Assembly: GCA_938091425.1 (NCBI GenBank)
Contig: CALKHC010000111.1
Span: 1 to 45,155, forward strand
DNA length: 45,155 nt
Direction of reading: 5' to 3'
From: an uncultured Luminiphilus sp.
Lineage (GTDB): Bacteria; Pseudomonadota; Gammaproteobacteria; Pseudomonadales; Halieaceae
Part shown: in pieces, positions 19,938 to 30,114 of the stretch
How the letters are laid out: every line of letters starts with the position of its first letter
Numbering within the stretch: the first letter of the stretch is position 1
The notes under the pieces: model-generated
Told to the model about the DNA's origin: nothing
Databases searched by the model: none
Seen by the model: the letters and a program-made list of their open reading frames with translations, nothing else
Position numbers and translations under genes: made by a program

Positions 19938-20774
19938 TTGCCAGCTTATCTTTATATTGTCGCAACCCCGATTGGTCATTTGGACGATATGTCTTTGCGC
20001 GCCATCGATGTCCTGCGCAGTGTCGATCTGATCGCTGCAGAGGACACTCGTCACTCTGCGAAGTTGCTCAACCATTTTGATGTTCGAACACCGCTCATCA
20101 GTTATCACGATCATAGCGATACCTCTGACTTGGAAAGCTTGCTGAAGCGATTACGTGCCGGTAAGGCCATTGCGTTGATTTCTGATGCGGGCACGCCGCT
20201 GGTCTCAGATCCCGGTTACAAGCTTGTGGTTGCCTGTCATCAGGAACAGATTCCGGTCGTGCCGATTCCCGGCCCGAGTGCGACGATTGCCGCATTGAGT
20301 GCAGCCGGCTTGCCAACTGATCATTTTTACTTTGAGGGCTTCCTGCCCTCGAAGCCTGGTCAGAGAGAGAATCGACTGCAGGCGCTCTCAGCGATCGAGG
20401 GAACCCTGATATTTTTTGAATCGCCGCGCCGCCTTGCCGCCTCAGTCGACGCAATGCATCAGGTTTTGGGTAATCGAGAGGCCGCGCTATGCCGTGAACT
20501 CACAAAAACTCATGAGACAATCTATCGAGCCGATTTGTCGCAGCTACACGAATTTGTGCTGTCAGATGCCAATCAGCAGCGCGGGGAGATGGTGATTCTG
20601 GTGCGCGGCTTTGATCCGGCCACTGTGACATTGACACCGGAAACCTCCCGGTTGCTAGCGCGGCTGGCCGATGAGTTACCGCCTCGCCGAGCGGCAGCGG
20701 TGGTGGCCGACATTACAGGCCTTCCGGCAAGGCAGCTTTATCAGTGGCTACTGGATCGCCGTCAACGCGGATAA
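19938..20774 (+). CDS. rsmI: 16S rRNA (C1402) 2'-O-methyltransferase
   Basis: LYIVATPIG, AAEDTRHS, ISDAGTPLVSDPG, FEGFLP, RELTKTHE; TTG start after GGAG chosen, start uncertain. Confidence 0.95.
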   Translation: MPAYLYIVATPIGHLDDMSLRAIDVLRSVDLIAAEDTRHSAKLLNHFDVRTPLISYHDHSDTSDLESLLKRLRAGKAIALISDAGTPLVSDPGYKLVVACHQEQIPVVPIPGPSATIAALSAAGLPTDHFYFEGFLPSKPGQRENRLQALSAIEGTLIFFESPRRLAASVDAMHQVLGNREAALCRELTKTHETIYRADLSQLHEFVLSDANQQRGEMVILVRGFDPATVTLTPETSRLLARLADELPPRRAAAVVADITGLPARQLYQWLLDRRQRG

Positions 20775-20776
20775 AC

Positions 20777-20810
20777 TTGCAGCGCCTTGCCGATCTCGGT
20801 ACGCTCGCGC
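20777..20810 (+). promoter_or_regulatory. Putative sigma70 promoter of rnpB
   Basis: TTGCAG (20777-20782), 17 bp, TACGCT (20800-20805), GC-rich discriminator just before the RNA 5' end. Confidence 0.55.
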
Positions 20811-21147
20811 GCGAGTTGGTCAGACGATCGCTGTCGCTTTGCGGCAGAGGAAAGTCCGGGCTCCAACGGGTCAGAGCGCCAGGTAACGCCTGGGGGGCGC
20901 GAGCTCACGGTAAGTGCAGCAGAAAGGAAACCGCCTGTTCGCAGGTAAGGGTGAAAAGGTGCGGTAAGAGCGCACCGCGCGGTTGGTAACAACCGTGGCG
21001 ATGGTAAACCCCGCTCGGAGCAAGACCAAATAGGAATCTGATGCCGTGACCCTCGGCGGATTCGGGTAGGTCGCTTCAGGCGAACGGTGACGTTCGTCGC
21101 AGATGAATGATCGTCCACGACAGAACCCGGCTTATCGACTAACTCGC
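20811..21147 (+). ncRNA. rnpB: RNase P RNA, bacterial type A
   Basis: GAGGAAAGTCCGGGCTCC, CGCCAGGTAACGCCTGG, GGTGCGGTAAGAGCGCACC, GGTAAACCCC, ACAGAACCCGGCTTA; terminal pairing GCGAGTTGGTC / GACTAACTCGC. Confidence 0.98.
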
Positions 21148-21150
21148 TAT

Positions 21151-21173
21151 GCCCCCCGCAAGGGGGGCTTCCT
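21151..21173 (+). terminator. Hairpin after rnpB (likely terminator or processing stem)
   Basis: GCCCCCC-GCAA-GGGGGGC with GNRA loop; weak T tail (TTCCT). Confidence 0.6.
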
Positions 21174-21398
21174 CCGACACTCCGGTATTCCACAGCCAAT
21201 GAGAGCTTATTCTTAGATCATTTTGGATTATAAGTTCTAATTTGAAATATTTTTTAGAATAATACTTAAGGCCAAACCTTGTAACTGGGGTTAAAAAGCT
21301 GTTTTGGTGAGGGTTTCCAAACGAATGCCCGGCTGGATTAATCGCCATGGCTGACCTTGTAAGGCACTGAAAAACCACGTTTTTTTCCATGGGAGCCG

Positions 21399-21428
21399 TT
21401 GACCCTTGTCAACCGCTGGGCGTATAGT
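21399..21428 (+). promoter_or_regulatory. Putative sigma70 promoter of the dcw operon (Pmra)
   Basis: TTGACC (21399-21404), 18 bp, TATAGT (21423-21428). Confidence 0.65.
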
Positions 21429-21490
21429 GGTGAAAAGTGGCGCAAAGTGGGAAAAAAATCCATTTTGTGGTGATAAGCGGGAGTCAGTGG
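21426..21490 (+). promoter_or_regulatory. MraZ-binding direct repeats (GTGG at 10-bp period)
   Basis: AGTGG at 21426, 21436, 21446; further in-phase GTGG at 21467 and 21487, GCGG at 21477; directly upstream of mraZ. Confidence 0.8.
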
Positions 21491-21500
21491 GCGCGACGCT

Positions 21501-21953
21501 ATGTTTCGTGGTGTACAGCACATCAACCTGGATGCTAAGGGCCGCATGGCGGTGCCCTCGCGACAGCGTGAGCTACTGTCGGTGCTCGGCGACGGTCACA
21601 TTGTGCTGACCGTTGATACACAGACCTCCTGCTTGACGCTCTATCCGCTACCTGAGTGGGAGCGCATTGAGCGCGATGTACAGGCACTGCCGGCACTCAA
21701 TCCTGCAGTAAAACGATTCCAGAGGCTTGTGCTGGGTTACGCGAGCGACCTGCAGTTGGACGGTAGCGGACGGGTGCTGGTGCCGCCGGCCCTGCGCGAA
21801 TACGCCCAGCTTGAAAAACGGGCGGTTCTGGTTGGCCAAGGCAACAAACTTGAACTGTGGTCGGAGGATTTGTGGCAGCAGGAGTGCGCCGCTGCCCTGT
21901 CTACCGATTCAACTGGGGAGATCCCCGCGGAACTGATGCAGCTCAAACTTTGA
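21501..21953 (+). CDS. mraZ: Division/cell wall cluster transcriptional repressor MraZ
   Basis: MFRG, LDAKGRMAVP, LDGSGRVLVP, VGQGNKLELW. Confidence 0.97.
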   Translation: MFRGVQHINLDAKGRMAVPSRQRELLSVLGDGHIVLTVDTQTSCLTLYPLPEWERIERDVQALPALNPAVKRFQRLVLGYASDLQLDGSGRVLVPPALREYAQLEKRAVLVGQGNKLELWSEDLWQQECAAALSTDSTGEIPAELMQLKL

Positions 21954-22870
21954 TGGATCGGGAACACCGACCGGTTCTGCTTGAGGAGGCAATTTCGGCA
22001 TTGATGGTATCGGCTGATGGCGCATACGTGGATGGCACGTTTGGCCGGGGCGGGCACAGTACCCGAATCCTCGATGCCCTCTCACCTCTGGGGACTTTAG
22101 TCGCTTTCGATCGGGATCCCGCTGCGTCCTCGGTTGCTGAGCGCCTGGCTGATCAGGACCCGCGCTTCCAGTTTCAGGCGACCAATTTTTGCGACTTGGG
22201 CGATTACATTGCGCCTGCCAGCGTGCAGGGCGTGCTGCTGGATCTGGGTGTCTCATCGCCGCAGTTGGATGACCCCGAGAGGGGCTTCAGCTTCACTCAC
22301 GATGGGCCTCTGGATATGCGGATGAATCCCGACGCGGGCAGGTCGGCTGCGGAATGGTTGTCGGAGGTTGATGAAGTCGAATTGGCCCAAGTCCTGCGTG
22401 ATTTGGGAGAAGAGCGGTTTGCTCGCCGCATTGCCGCGGCCATCGTAGAGGCTAGGTCGAACGCACGCATAGAGCGCACGGCGCAACTCGCTGACATCGT
22501 CTCGACGGCAAATCCCAAGTGGGAGCCTAACAAGCACCCGGCAACCAGAAGTTTTCAAGCGATTCGCTTGCACATCAACGGAGAACTCGACGCATTGCGC
22601 GAGGTCTTGGAAGCGATCGTTTTGGCGCTGGCGCCGGGTGGCAGGATGGTGGTGATTAGCTTCCACTCTTTGGAAGACCGCATTGTTAAGCGCTTTATTA
22701 GGCAGGCTGCACGCGGTGAGCAACTACCGCCTGGCGTCCCCATTCAGTACGAATCGCAAGGGGGATCTTTGCGTCAGGTGGGTAAGGCAACGATGCCATC
22801 AGAGACGGAAGTCTCTGGTAACCCCCGGGCCCGGTCAGCAGTCATGCGGGTCGCGGAGCGTTTGCCATGA
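21953..22870 (+). CDS. rsmH: 16S rRNA (C1402) N4-methyltransferase
   Basis: HRPVLLEE, DGTFGRGGHS, DLGVSSPQLD, GPLDMRM, ISFHSLEDR, NPRARSA; ATG overlaps mraZ stop. Confidence 0.97.
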   Translation: MDREHRPVLLEEAISALMVSADGAYVDGTFGRGGHSTRILDALSPLGTLVAFDRDPAASSVAERLADQDPRFQFQATNFCDLGDYIAPASVQGVLLDLGVSSPQLDDPERGFSFTHDGPLDMRMNPDAGRSAAEWLSEVDEVELAQVLRDLGEERFARRIAAAIVEARSNARIERTAQLADIVSTANPKWEPNKHPATRSFQAIRLHINGELDALREVLEAIVLALAPGGRMVVISFHSLEDRIVKRFIRQAARGEQLPPGVPIQYESQGGSLRQVGKATMPSETEVSGNPRARSAVMRVAERLP

Positions 22871-23148
22871 GTGAGTTGCCGCTCTCGCCTGCATCTATCA
22901 TTGCGCTCCTAGGCGCCGGGCTTTTGGCCTCGGCGCTCGCCGTGGTAGCCAGCACTCATCATGTGCGAGAAGGTTACGCGCGACTGCAGCACCTTGAGTT
23001 GCAGCGCTGGGAATTACAGGAACATTACACGCGCTTGCTTCTCGAGGTGAATATCTGGGCGGCACCTCATCGCATCAATCAGATAGCGTCCGAGACATTG
23101 TCGATGCAGGCGCCTGATCTCAGTCTGTCGCAGGTCATCTCAGAGTGA
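22867..23148 (+). CDS. ftsL: Cell division protein FtsL
   Basis: Single TM then coiled coil with RLLLE; between rsmH and ftsI. Confidence 0.9.
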   Translation: MSELPLSPASIIALLGAGLLASALAVVASTHHVREGYARLQHLELQRWELQEHYTRLLLEVNIWAAPHRINQIASETLSMQAPDLSLSQVISE

Positions 23149-24872
23149 CGCGCGTAAAGCAGACATACCGGTTGTCTCGTTGGCGCTTTTTGGTGATCTG
23201 TGTGGTCCTGACCGCACTGGCGGCTGCATTGATGGGTCGACTGATTCTTCTTCAGGTCACTGATGGGGGGCAGGGCGCTGTCTTCCTGCGAGAGCAGGGC
23301 GCTCTGCGAACAGTCCGCACGGCGGAGATACCGGTTTATCGCGGCTTGATCGAGGATCGCAACGGTACCCCGCTGGCGGTCAGCTCTCCAGTGGTCTCAT
23401 TGTGGGCGAATCCGCAACAGCTAAAGGACAGCCCGCGCCTTGATGATCTTGCGACACGGCTCTCCCTCGATGCGCCAGCGTTGCGTGACAAGTTGAGATT
23501 TTATGGCGACAAGCAGTTTATGTATCTCGCGCGGCATCAAACACCAGAATTTGCCCGGCAAGTGTTGCGAGAGAACTTTCCGGGTGTGCGCGGAGAGCGC
23601 GAGTACCGGCGTTACTACCCTGCAGGGGAAGTCACAGCGCAGTTGTTAGGACTGACCAATGTCGACGGCCAAGGCATCGCCGGCGTCGAGTTGGCATTTG
23701 AGGACTGGCTGCAGGGGGTCCCGGGTAAAAAACGATTCATCAAAGATCTGCACGGCGATGCTGTGCGGGATTTTGGGGTGACGGAGGAGCCTCGTCCGGG
23801 CAAGGCGCTTGCCCTGAGCCTCGATTTGCGGCTGCAATATGCACAGCACCGCGAACTGCAGCGCGCGAGGAGGGAAACAGGCGCGGCCGCGGGTTCAGCG
23901 ATTACCCTCGATGCGTGGACAGGGGAGGTGCTCGCCGTGAGCAACTATCCTGTGTTCAATCCCAATAGCCGAGAGGCGCTGGATTTCAGTGGCGCGCGTA
24001 ATCGTGCGTTGACGGACGCCTACGAACCCGGCTCCACCATTAAAACTTTGACGCTGGTAGCGGCCCTTGAGAGCGGCCAGTTTCATATTGACAGTATTGT
24101 CGATACGGCGCCCGGACGTATCCGGGTGGGCTCCAAGATGCTCCACGATCCCCGAGATTACGGCGAGATATCGGTCTCAACGGTTATCGAAAAATCCAGT
24201 CAGGTGGGCGTTACCAAAATCGCGCAGGCGGTGGGCCACGAAGCCATCTTGGATGTCCTGTATCGCTTCGGCTTGGGTGAGTCGACTGGCACCGGATTTC
24301 CCGGTGAGCGCGCCGGCCAGCTACCGGATTTGGCTCGCTGGAGCGACATCGAAAAAGTCACGCTTGCCTTCGGTTATGGTCTGACCGCGACGCCGATTCA
24401 GTTGGCACGCGCCTATGCCATTTTGGCAAACGGTGGCATGCGACGACCGCTGACGCTTCTGCGTCAGGATCCTGACGCCCTGCCCGCGGGCCAGCAGGTG
24501 ATTGACCCAGAGATCGCTAGAGATGTGCTCAAAGTACTGGATCGCGTCACGGGACCGGGTGGCACTGCAACCTTGGCTCGGGTGCCAGGATTTTCCGTGG
24601 GCGGTAAAACAGGGACAGTGCACAAGGTCGGTTCAGGGGGCTACCTTGATGATCAGTATGTCGCGCTATTTGTCGGTGTTGCGCCCATAAGCGCGCCGCG
24701 GTACGTCACGGCTATCCTCATTGACCAGCCCCGCGGCGATCACTACGGCGGTGGATTGGCCGCGGCGCCGGTCTATTCGCGCATCACCGAGGAGGTGCTG
24801 CGCATCCGCAATGCCCAGCCTGACCAATCAGAGATGGGCGCGTTGCTTGCCGCCTCTGGAGGTGGGCAGTGA
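23145..24872 (+). CDS. ftsI: Peptidoglycan D,D-transpeptidase FtsI (PBP3)
   Basis: RGLIEDRNG, RRYYPAGE, EPGSTIK (SxxK), KSSQVG, KTGT, GGLAAAP. Confidence 0.96.
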   Translation: MTRVKQTYRLSRWRFLVICVVLTALAAALMGRLILLQVTDGGQGAVFLREQGALRTVRTAEIPVYRGLIEDRNGTPLAVSSPVVSLWANPQQLKDSPRLDDLATRLSLDAPALRDKLRFYGDKQFMYLARHQTPEFARQVLRENFPGVRGEREYRRYYPAGEVTAQLLGLTNVDGQGIAGVELAFEDWLQGVPGKKRFIKDLHGDAVRDFGVTEEPRPGKALALSLDLRLQYAQHRELQRARRETGAAAGSAITLDAWTGEVLAVSNYPVFNPNSREALDFSGARNRALTDAYEPGSTIKTLTLVAALESGQFHIDSIVDTAPGRIRVGSKMLHDPRDYGEISVSTVIEKSSQVGVTKIAQAVGHEAILDVLYRFGLGESTGTGFPGERAGQLPDLARWSDIEKVTLAFGYGLTATPIQLARAYAILANGGMRRPLTLLRQDPDALPAGQQVIDPEIARDVLKVLDRVTGPGGTATLARVPGFSVGGKTGTVHKVGSGGYLDDQYVALFVGVAPISAPRYVTAILIDQPRGDHYGGGLAAAPVYSRITEEVLRIRNAQPDQSEMGALLAASGGGQ

Positions 24873-26311
24873 GTATGGATCTGCGCACGCTCATCAATGA
24901 GCCCGCTGCGCCCGATGTGCTGGTGCACAACCTAACCCTCGACTCGCGGAAGCTGGAGCCAGGCGACGTGTTTGTTGCGCTACCCGGCGCAGAGCAAGAT
25001 GGCCGGGATTTTATCGAGCCGGCGTTGGCGGCTGGCGCTGCGGCCGTGCTGGCGGAACCCGGTCAACAAATCAGTCAAGACGATGCAAGGGTTGTCTCGA
25101 TCTCCGGTCTCAGAGGTCAACTTGGCGCACTGGCGAATCGTCTCTACGGCTCGCCCTCTGGTGATCTCAAAGTGGTCGCGGCGACGGGCACCAACGGCAA
25201 GACATCGGTTGTTGATTTGACTGCTCAGATGTTGCGGCGCACAGGGCGAAAGACCGGGACTATCGGCACGCTGGGCATGCGGCTCGATCAACATCCCACC
25301 GAGACGCGTAACACCACGCCTGACTGTCTCGCGCTTCATCGTCAGCTGCGTCAGTGGCGTGACGACGGGGTCGAGTGCGTGACGCTTGAGGCGTCCAGTC
25401 ACGCTCTCGATCAGGGACGATTGGATGGCTTGGAGGTTGATGTCGGTGTCTTCACCAACCTGTCGCGAGACCACCTGGATTATCACGATTCCATGGAAGC
25501 CTACTGCGAGGCAAAGCTTAAATTATTCCGGGAGTTTGAGCCTGCCAGCCGCATCTACAACGCAGACGATGAAGCGATTGTCGCCCATTCTGATGTCTGG
25601 CAGTCAGGTAGCTTTGGTTTGTCGACTGAAAGACCCAACGCGGAAATCAGAATAGAAGTGGAGCAATCGCTGCCACTGGTTCTTAAGCTTCAAACGCCCT
25701 GGGGTAAAGGTCGTTTGCACACGGCGCTAAGCGGTCGTTTCAATGCCTTCAATGTCGGGGCATCCTTGACCGCGACGTTATTGCTGGGCGTCGAGTTTTC
25801 AGAGGCGCTGGCCGCGGCGGAGTCTATAGAGCCGGTTGTGGGACGGCTGCAAGCCGTGAGTGATGAGGCCGATATCCGGGTGATCGTGGATTATGCCCAC
25901 ACGCCGGACGCGCTGGAGCGGGCCATTCGCGCCTTAAAAGAGACCGATAACGCTGGCGCACTCTGGGTGTTGTTCGGTTGTGGTGGTGATCGCGATCCCG
26001 GCAAGCGCGCGGAGATGGGCGCTATCGCTTGCCGGTTTGCGGATCGTGTGATCGTGACCAGTGACAATCCGCGTTCTGAACCTCCCGATGCGATCATCAA
26101 CGATATTTTGCTGGGCTGTGATGACTCACCGATTGTAGAGGCTGATCGGGCTGCCGCGATTGCGCTGGCGATTGCCGAGGCCAAGGTGGGTGACACCGTG
26201 CTGATTGCGGGCAAAGGGCATGAGACCTATCAAGAAATTGATGGTGTGCGCTTGCCGTTTAATGATGCCGAGCGCGCCGCACAGCACCTGCAGCAGAGGC
26301 ACGCAGCCTGA
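24869..26311 (+). CDS. murE: UDP-MurNAc-dipeptide:meso-DAP ligase
   Basis: TGTNGKTS, EASSHALDQGR, NLSRDHLDYH, VDYAHTPDA, DNPR (DAP specificity), AGKGHE. Confidence 0.97.
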   Translation: MSMDLRTLINEPAAPDVLVHNLTLDSRKLEPGDVFVALPGAEQDGRDFIEPALAAGAAAVLAEPGQQISQDDARVVSISGLRGQLGALANRLYGSPSGDLKVVAATGTNGKTSVVDLTAQMLRRTGRKTGTIGTLGMRLDQHPTETRNTTPDCLALHRQLRQWRDDGVECVTLEASSHALDQGRLDGLEVDVGVFTNLSRDHLDYHDSMEAYCEAKLKLFREFEPASRIYNADDEAIVAHSDVWQSGSFGLSTERPNAEIRIEVEQSLPLVLKLQTPWGKGRLHTALSGRFNAFNVGASLTATLLLGVEFSEALAAAESIEPVVGRLQAVSDEADIRVIVDYAHTPDALERAIRALKETDNAGALWVLFGCGGDRDPGKRAEMGAIACRFADRVIVTSDNPRSEPPDAIINDILLGCDDSPIVEADRAAAIALAIAEAKVGDTVLIAGKGHETYQEIDGVRLPFNDAERAAQHLQQRHAA

Positions 26312-27672
26312 TGTCTGCTATTGCACTTCAAGCCTTGGCCGACGAAACCGGCGGACAGCTGGTGGGTAAATCCGTGGCTCTCCAGAATCTGGCAATAGAC
26401 AGTCGCGAAGTGAAGGCCGGCGACCTCTTCGCCGCCCTACCGGGTCAGCGGGTCGATGGGCATGACTTTGCTCCCCAGGCGTTGGCAGCCGGGGCATCAG
26501 CGCTACTCACTGAACGGAAGTTAGAGGGTCTGTCACCACAGTTAGTAGTCTCCGACGTCTTGCAGGCCTCCGGGCGCTTTGGCTGTCTCAAGCGGCAGGC
26601 ATTTAAGGGCGACGTGATCGCCATTACAGGCAGCGCGGGCAAAACCACGACTAAAAATCTTGTCGCGGCAGCGCTGGCAACAGCGGGTGAGGTTCATGCC
26701 ACTGATGGCAATCAGAATAATGAGTTGGGCGTACCCATCACCCTTTCGGGGTTGACGAACAACCATCTGTTTGGGGTCATCGAGATGGGTGCAGGGCAGC
26801 CCGGAGACATTGCCTACCTGTGCCAGCTTGCACGACCCAGCGTCGCGGTGTGTCTGAATGCGTCGGCTGCTCACCTTGCTCACTATGACAGCGTTGATGA
26901 GATTGCCGCCACCAAGGGTGAGATCTTCGAAGGACTGGCGGGCAATGGCCTCGCTGTCATCAATGCTGATCAGAAGTGGCTGCCACAGTGGCGTGAGCAG
27001 GCAGGCACTGCCAGGCAGGTGACCTTTGGTCTGGCTGAGGACGCGGACTACCGGGCCACGGATATTGAGTATCGGGGAATCGAGGGAAGCCACTTTCAGC
27101 TGCTGACCCCTGCGGGCTCTGAGGCGGTCAGCTTGCAGCTCGCGGGTGAGCAGCACGTCATGAATGCGTTGGCGGCGCTTGCCATCGCGATAGAAATAGG
27201 CGTTGCACCGAGTGATGCGGCGCGAGCCGTGCGAGCCATCGGCGCAGGCGTCGGCCGCGGCGCGGTAACCAATCTGCCTGGCGGCGGCAGGGTGGTCGAT
27301 GACAGCTATAACGCCAATCCCGCGGCAGTGAGTTCGGCACTAGAGGTGTTGGCGAGGCAGCCGGGTTACCGCGTGTTCGTTTTGGGTCCGATGCTCGAGC
27401 TGGGGCAGAGCAGTCAGTCGCTTCACCAGGAAGTCGGGCGTTATGCCAAGCAACTGGGAATTGACCAGTTGATCACTGTTAGCAGTGAAGCGTTGGCCGC
27501 TGCAGAGGCCTTTGGGGATGGTGCACTGAGCTTTTCCGATCAGACGGCTTTACAGAACAATTTCCCCGCTTTGCCTGATGAACACACTATTTGGGTGAAA
27601 GGGTCGCGCGGAGCGGGTTTAGAACAAACCGTGGCGTGGCTGCTCGCATCTGGGGGGGCTGCAACATGCTGA
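26311..27672 (+). CDS. murF: UDP-MurNAc-tripeptide:D-Ala-D-Ala ligase
   Basis: [35 protein letters not shown]. Confidence 0.97.
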   Translation: MSAIALQALADETGGQLVGKSVALQNLAIDSREVKAGDLFAALPGQRVDGHDFAPQALAAGASALLTERKLEGLSPQLVVSDVLQASGRFGCLKRQAFKGDVIAITGSAGKTTTKNLVAAALATAGEVHATDGNQNNELGVPITLSGLTNNHLFGVIEMGAGQPGDIAYLCQLARPSVAVCLNASAAHLAHYDSVDEIAATKGEIFEGLAGNGLAVINADQKWLPQWREQAGTARQVTFGLAEDADYRATDIEYRGIEGSHFQLLTPAGSEAVSLQLAGEQHVMNALAALAIAIEIGVAPSDAARAVRAIGAGVGRGAVTNLPGGGRVVDDSYNANPAAVSSALEVLARQPGYRVFVLGPMLELGQSSQSLHQEVGRYAKQLGIDQLITVSSEALAAAEAFGDGALSFSDQTALQNNFPALPDEHTIWVKGSRGAGLEQTVAWLLASGGAATC

Positions 27673-28748
27673 TGTGGTTGAGCGAACAACTGGCTGCAAT
27701 CGATTCGGGATTTGCTGTATTTCAATACCTGACGCTGAGGGGCATTCTCGCAGCCTGCACAGCGCTGGCCATTTCTATGGTGGTCGGCCCCTATGTGATT
27801 GAGCGACTGAATCAGCTGCAGATCGGTCAAACAATCCGAGAGGAGGGGCCTCAATCTCACCTGCAAAAAGCCGGTACGCCCACCATGGGCGGCGCATTAA
27901 TTCTTGTCACCGTATTGGGATCTACCTTGTTGTGGGCAGATCTGGGCAGCCGCTATGTGTGGGTGGCGCTGACCACTACTGTGGCCTTCGGCGCAATTGG
28001 CTGGATTGACGATTATCGGAAGGTAGTCCGCAAAGACACGCGAGGACTGCCCGCTCGGTGGAAGTATCTTTGGCAGTCGCTGTTTGCCTTCGGCATTACC
28101 CTGTATCTGTTTGATACCGCGCTCCTGCCTGAAGAAACGACGCTCTATGTGCCTTTCTTCAAAGATGTGGCCTTCGCAATGGGCTGGCTGTTTGTGCCGT
28201 TTAGTTATTTTGTGGTGGTTGGCTCGAGTAACGCGGTGAATCTGACAGACGGCCTGGACGGTCTCGCCATTATGCCCACGGTGATGGTGGCAACGGGTCT
28301 CGGCGTGATCGCCTATCTCGCCGGTCATATTGAATTTGCCGAGTATCTCAACATCGCCTACCTGCCCGGGACCGGCGAGCTCATGGTGTTCTGCGGCGCG
28401 ATTGCCGGAGCCGGCCTCGGGTTTCTGTGGTTCAACACTTACCCCGCCATGATTTTTATGGGCGATGTTGGCGCGCTGGCGCTGGGTGCTGCGCTGGGCA
28501 TTGTCGCGGTCATGACCCGCCACGAGATCGTACTTTTCATCATGGGCGGGATCTTCGTACTGGAAACCGTCTCGGTGATCATTCAGGTCGGCTCATTTAA
28601 GTTGACGGGCAGGCGGGTCTTCCGCATGGCGCCCATTCATCATCATTTTGAACTCAAAGGGTGGCCCGAGCCTCGGGTGATTGTCCGTTTCTGGATTATC
28701 ACGGTGATGCTCGTGCTGTTTGGTCTCGCCACGTTGAAGCTGCGGTGA
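27666..28748 (+). CDS. mraY: Phospho-N-acetylmuramoyl-pentapeptide transferase
   Basis: [40 protein letters not shown]. Confidence 0.98.
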   Translation: MLMWLSEQLAAIDSGFAVFQYLTLRGILAACTALAISMVVGPYVIERLNQLQIGQTIREEGPQSHLQKAGTPTMGGALILVTVLGSTLLWADLGSRYVWVALTTTVAFGAIGWIDDYRKVVRKDTRGLPARWKYLWQSLFAFGITLYLFDTALLPEETTLYVPFFKDVAFAMGWLFVPFSYFVVVGSSNAVNLTDGLDGLAIMPTVMVATGLGVIAYLAGHIEFAEYLNIAYLPGTGELMVFCGAIAGAGLGFLWFNTYPAMIFMGDVGALALGAALGIVAVMTRHEIVLFIMGGIFVLETVSVIIQVGSFKLTGRRVFRMAPIHHHFELKGWPEPRVIVRFWIITVMLVLFGLATLKLR

Positions 28749-28755
28749 CGGACGA

Positions 28756-30114
28756 ATGATGACGAGCGCAACAATCGCTAGCTCCAATAGACGCCTCATC
28801 TTCGGTTTGGGTACCACGGGGCAGTCAGTGGCTCGCTGGTGGCGCCAGCAAGGCGTTGCCTTCGCTGCCTTCGATACCCGTGCAGAGTTTGCCGATAACT
28901 CCGCCGCAGTGGCCGATATTGATAGGGACATCGCCGCTTTCGGCGACGTAGAGGCGTCCTTTGTCGATGGTTGCGCTGAAATGATCGTGAGTCCCGGTGT
29001 GGCGCTTGATCATCCTCTGGTCGAGAGAGCGCGCGGACAAGGTTGCCGGGTGCGAGGCGATATCGATCTGTTTCTCGAGGCGGCTCGGGCGCCAGTAGTA
29101 GGCATCACTGGCTCTAACGGTAAATCGACGGTCACATCGATACTCGGGGCAATGATTGCCGCTTGTGGTGTCAAAGTGGCCGTGGGGGGCAATCTGGGTC
29201 GCCCGGCTTTGGATCTGCTAGCGGACGAGCCCGAATTATATGTGCTGGAGCTGTCTAGCTTTCAGTTGGAGCGATCTGAAGCGCTGGGTTTGGATCTGGC
29301 AACGGTCCTCAACATCAGCGCTGATCACCTCGACCGCTACGCGTCGCTGATGGACTATCACCGCGCCAAACACGCCATTCACAAGCAAGTGCGGCACGTT
29401 GTGGCGAATCGCGATGACCCGCTCACTATCCCGCTGGTGCCAGAAGAGACGCCGGTCACCTGGTGGCGATCAAGAGAGCCTGATCTCAATGAGTTCGGTC
29501 TCCGAGAGAGTGACGGCGGGACCTGGCTGTGCCGAGGCTTAGAGAAGCTGGTGTGTACCGATGAGCTCCAGCTGGCGGGCAGGCACAACCACCTTAATGT
29601 GCTCGCGGCGCTGGCGCTGGGTAGCGCACTGAAGATGCCGATAGAGGGATTGATTGAGGGAGCAAAGCAGTACGGCGGTTTGCCCCATCGCTGCCAGTTG
29701 ATCAGCCAAATCAATGGAGTGCGCTTCATCGATGACAGCAAAGGCACCAATATCGGTGCGACGGTGGCGGCTCTTGAGGGCTTGAACTGTGCAGGACAAA
29801 TCTGGCTGATCATCGGCGGACAGGGGAAAGGGCAGGATTTTTCGCTGCTGAAGCCCGTTCTTGCTCAGATCAATGTGCGGTTATTGGTCATCGGTGAGGC
29901 AACGGAGGACATTCGCGCTCATTTAGGCCGCGATACGCCGATTGACGTCATGTCCAGCCTTGAGGACGCCGTCAATCTGAGTGCAGCGTCTGCTCAGCCG
30001 GGGGATATCGTGTTGTTGTCGCCCGCTTGTGCAAGTTTCGACATGTTCACCAGCTACATGGAGCGTGGCGAGCGGTTTCAGGCAGCCGTAGCGGCACTGG
30101 GGGTGGCGGCATGA
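28756..30114 (+). CDS. murD: UDP-MurNAc-L-Ala:D-Glu ligase
   Basis: VSPGV, ITGSNGKSTVT, ELSSFQLE, DHLDRY, DDSKGTN, LSPACASFD. Confidence 0.97.
   Translation: MMTSATIASSNRRLIFGLGTTGQSVARWWRQQGVAFAAFDTRAEFADNSAAVADIDRDIAAFGDVEASFVDGCAEMIVSPGVALDHPLVERARGQGCRVRGDIDLFLEAARAPVVGITGSNGKSTVTSILGAMIAACGVKVAVGGNLGRPALDLLADEPELYVLELSSFQLERSEALGLDLATVLNISADHLDRYASLMDYHRAKHAIHKQVRHVVANRDDPLTIPLVPEETPVTWWRSREPDLNEFGLRESDGGTWLCRGLEKLVCTDELQLAGRHNHLNVLAALALGSALKMPIEGLIEGAKQYGGLPHRCQLISQINGVRFIDDSKGTNIGATVAALEGLNCAGQIWLIIGGQGKGQDFSLLKPVLAQINVRLLVIGEATEDIRAHLGRDTPIDVMSSLEDAVNLSAASAQPGDIVLLSPACASFDMFTSYMERGERFQAAVAALGVAA

Noticed and set aside
20744-21199. ORFs of 81 aa (+) and 145 aa (-) over this interval
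   Set aside because: They overlap the RNase P RNA gene, which explains the sequence
21180-21330. oriC or dif interpretation of the AT-rich patch
   Set aside because: No cluster of TTATCCACA DnaA boxes (only a two-mismatch TATTCCACA), no XerC/XerD dif consensus, and the gene context does not fit
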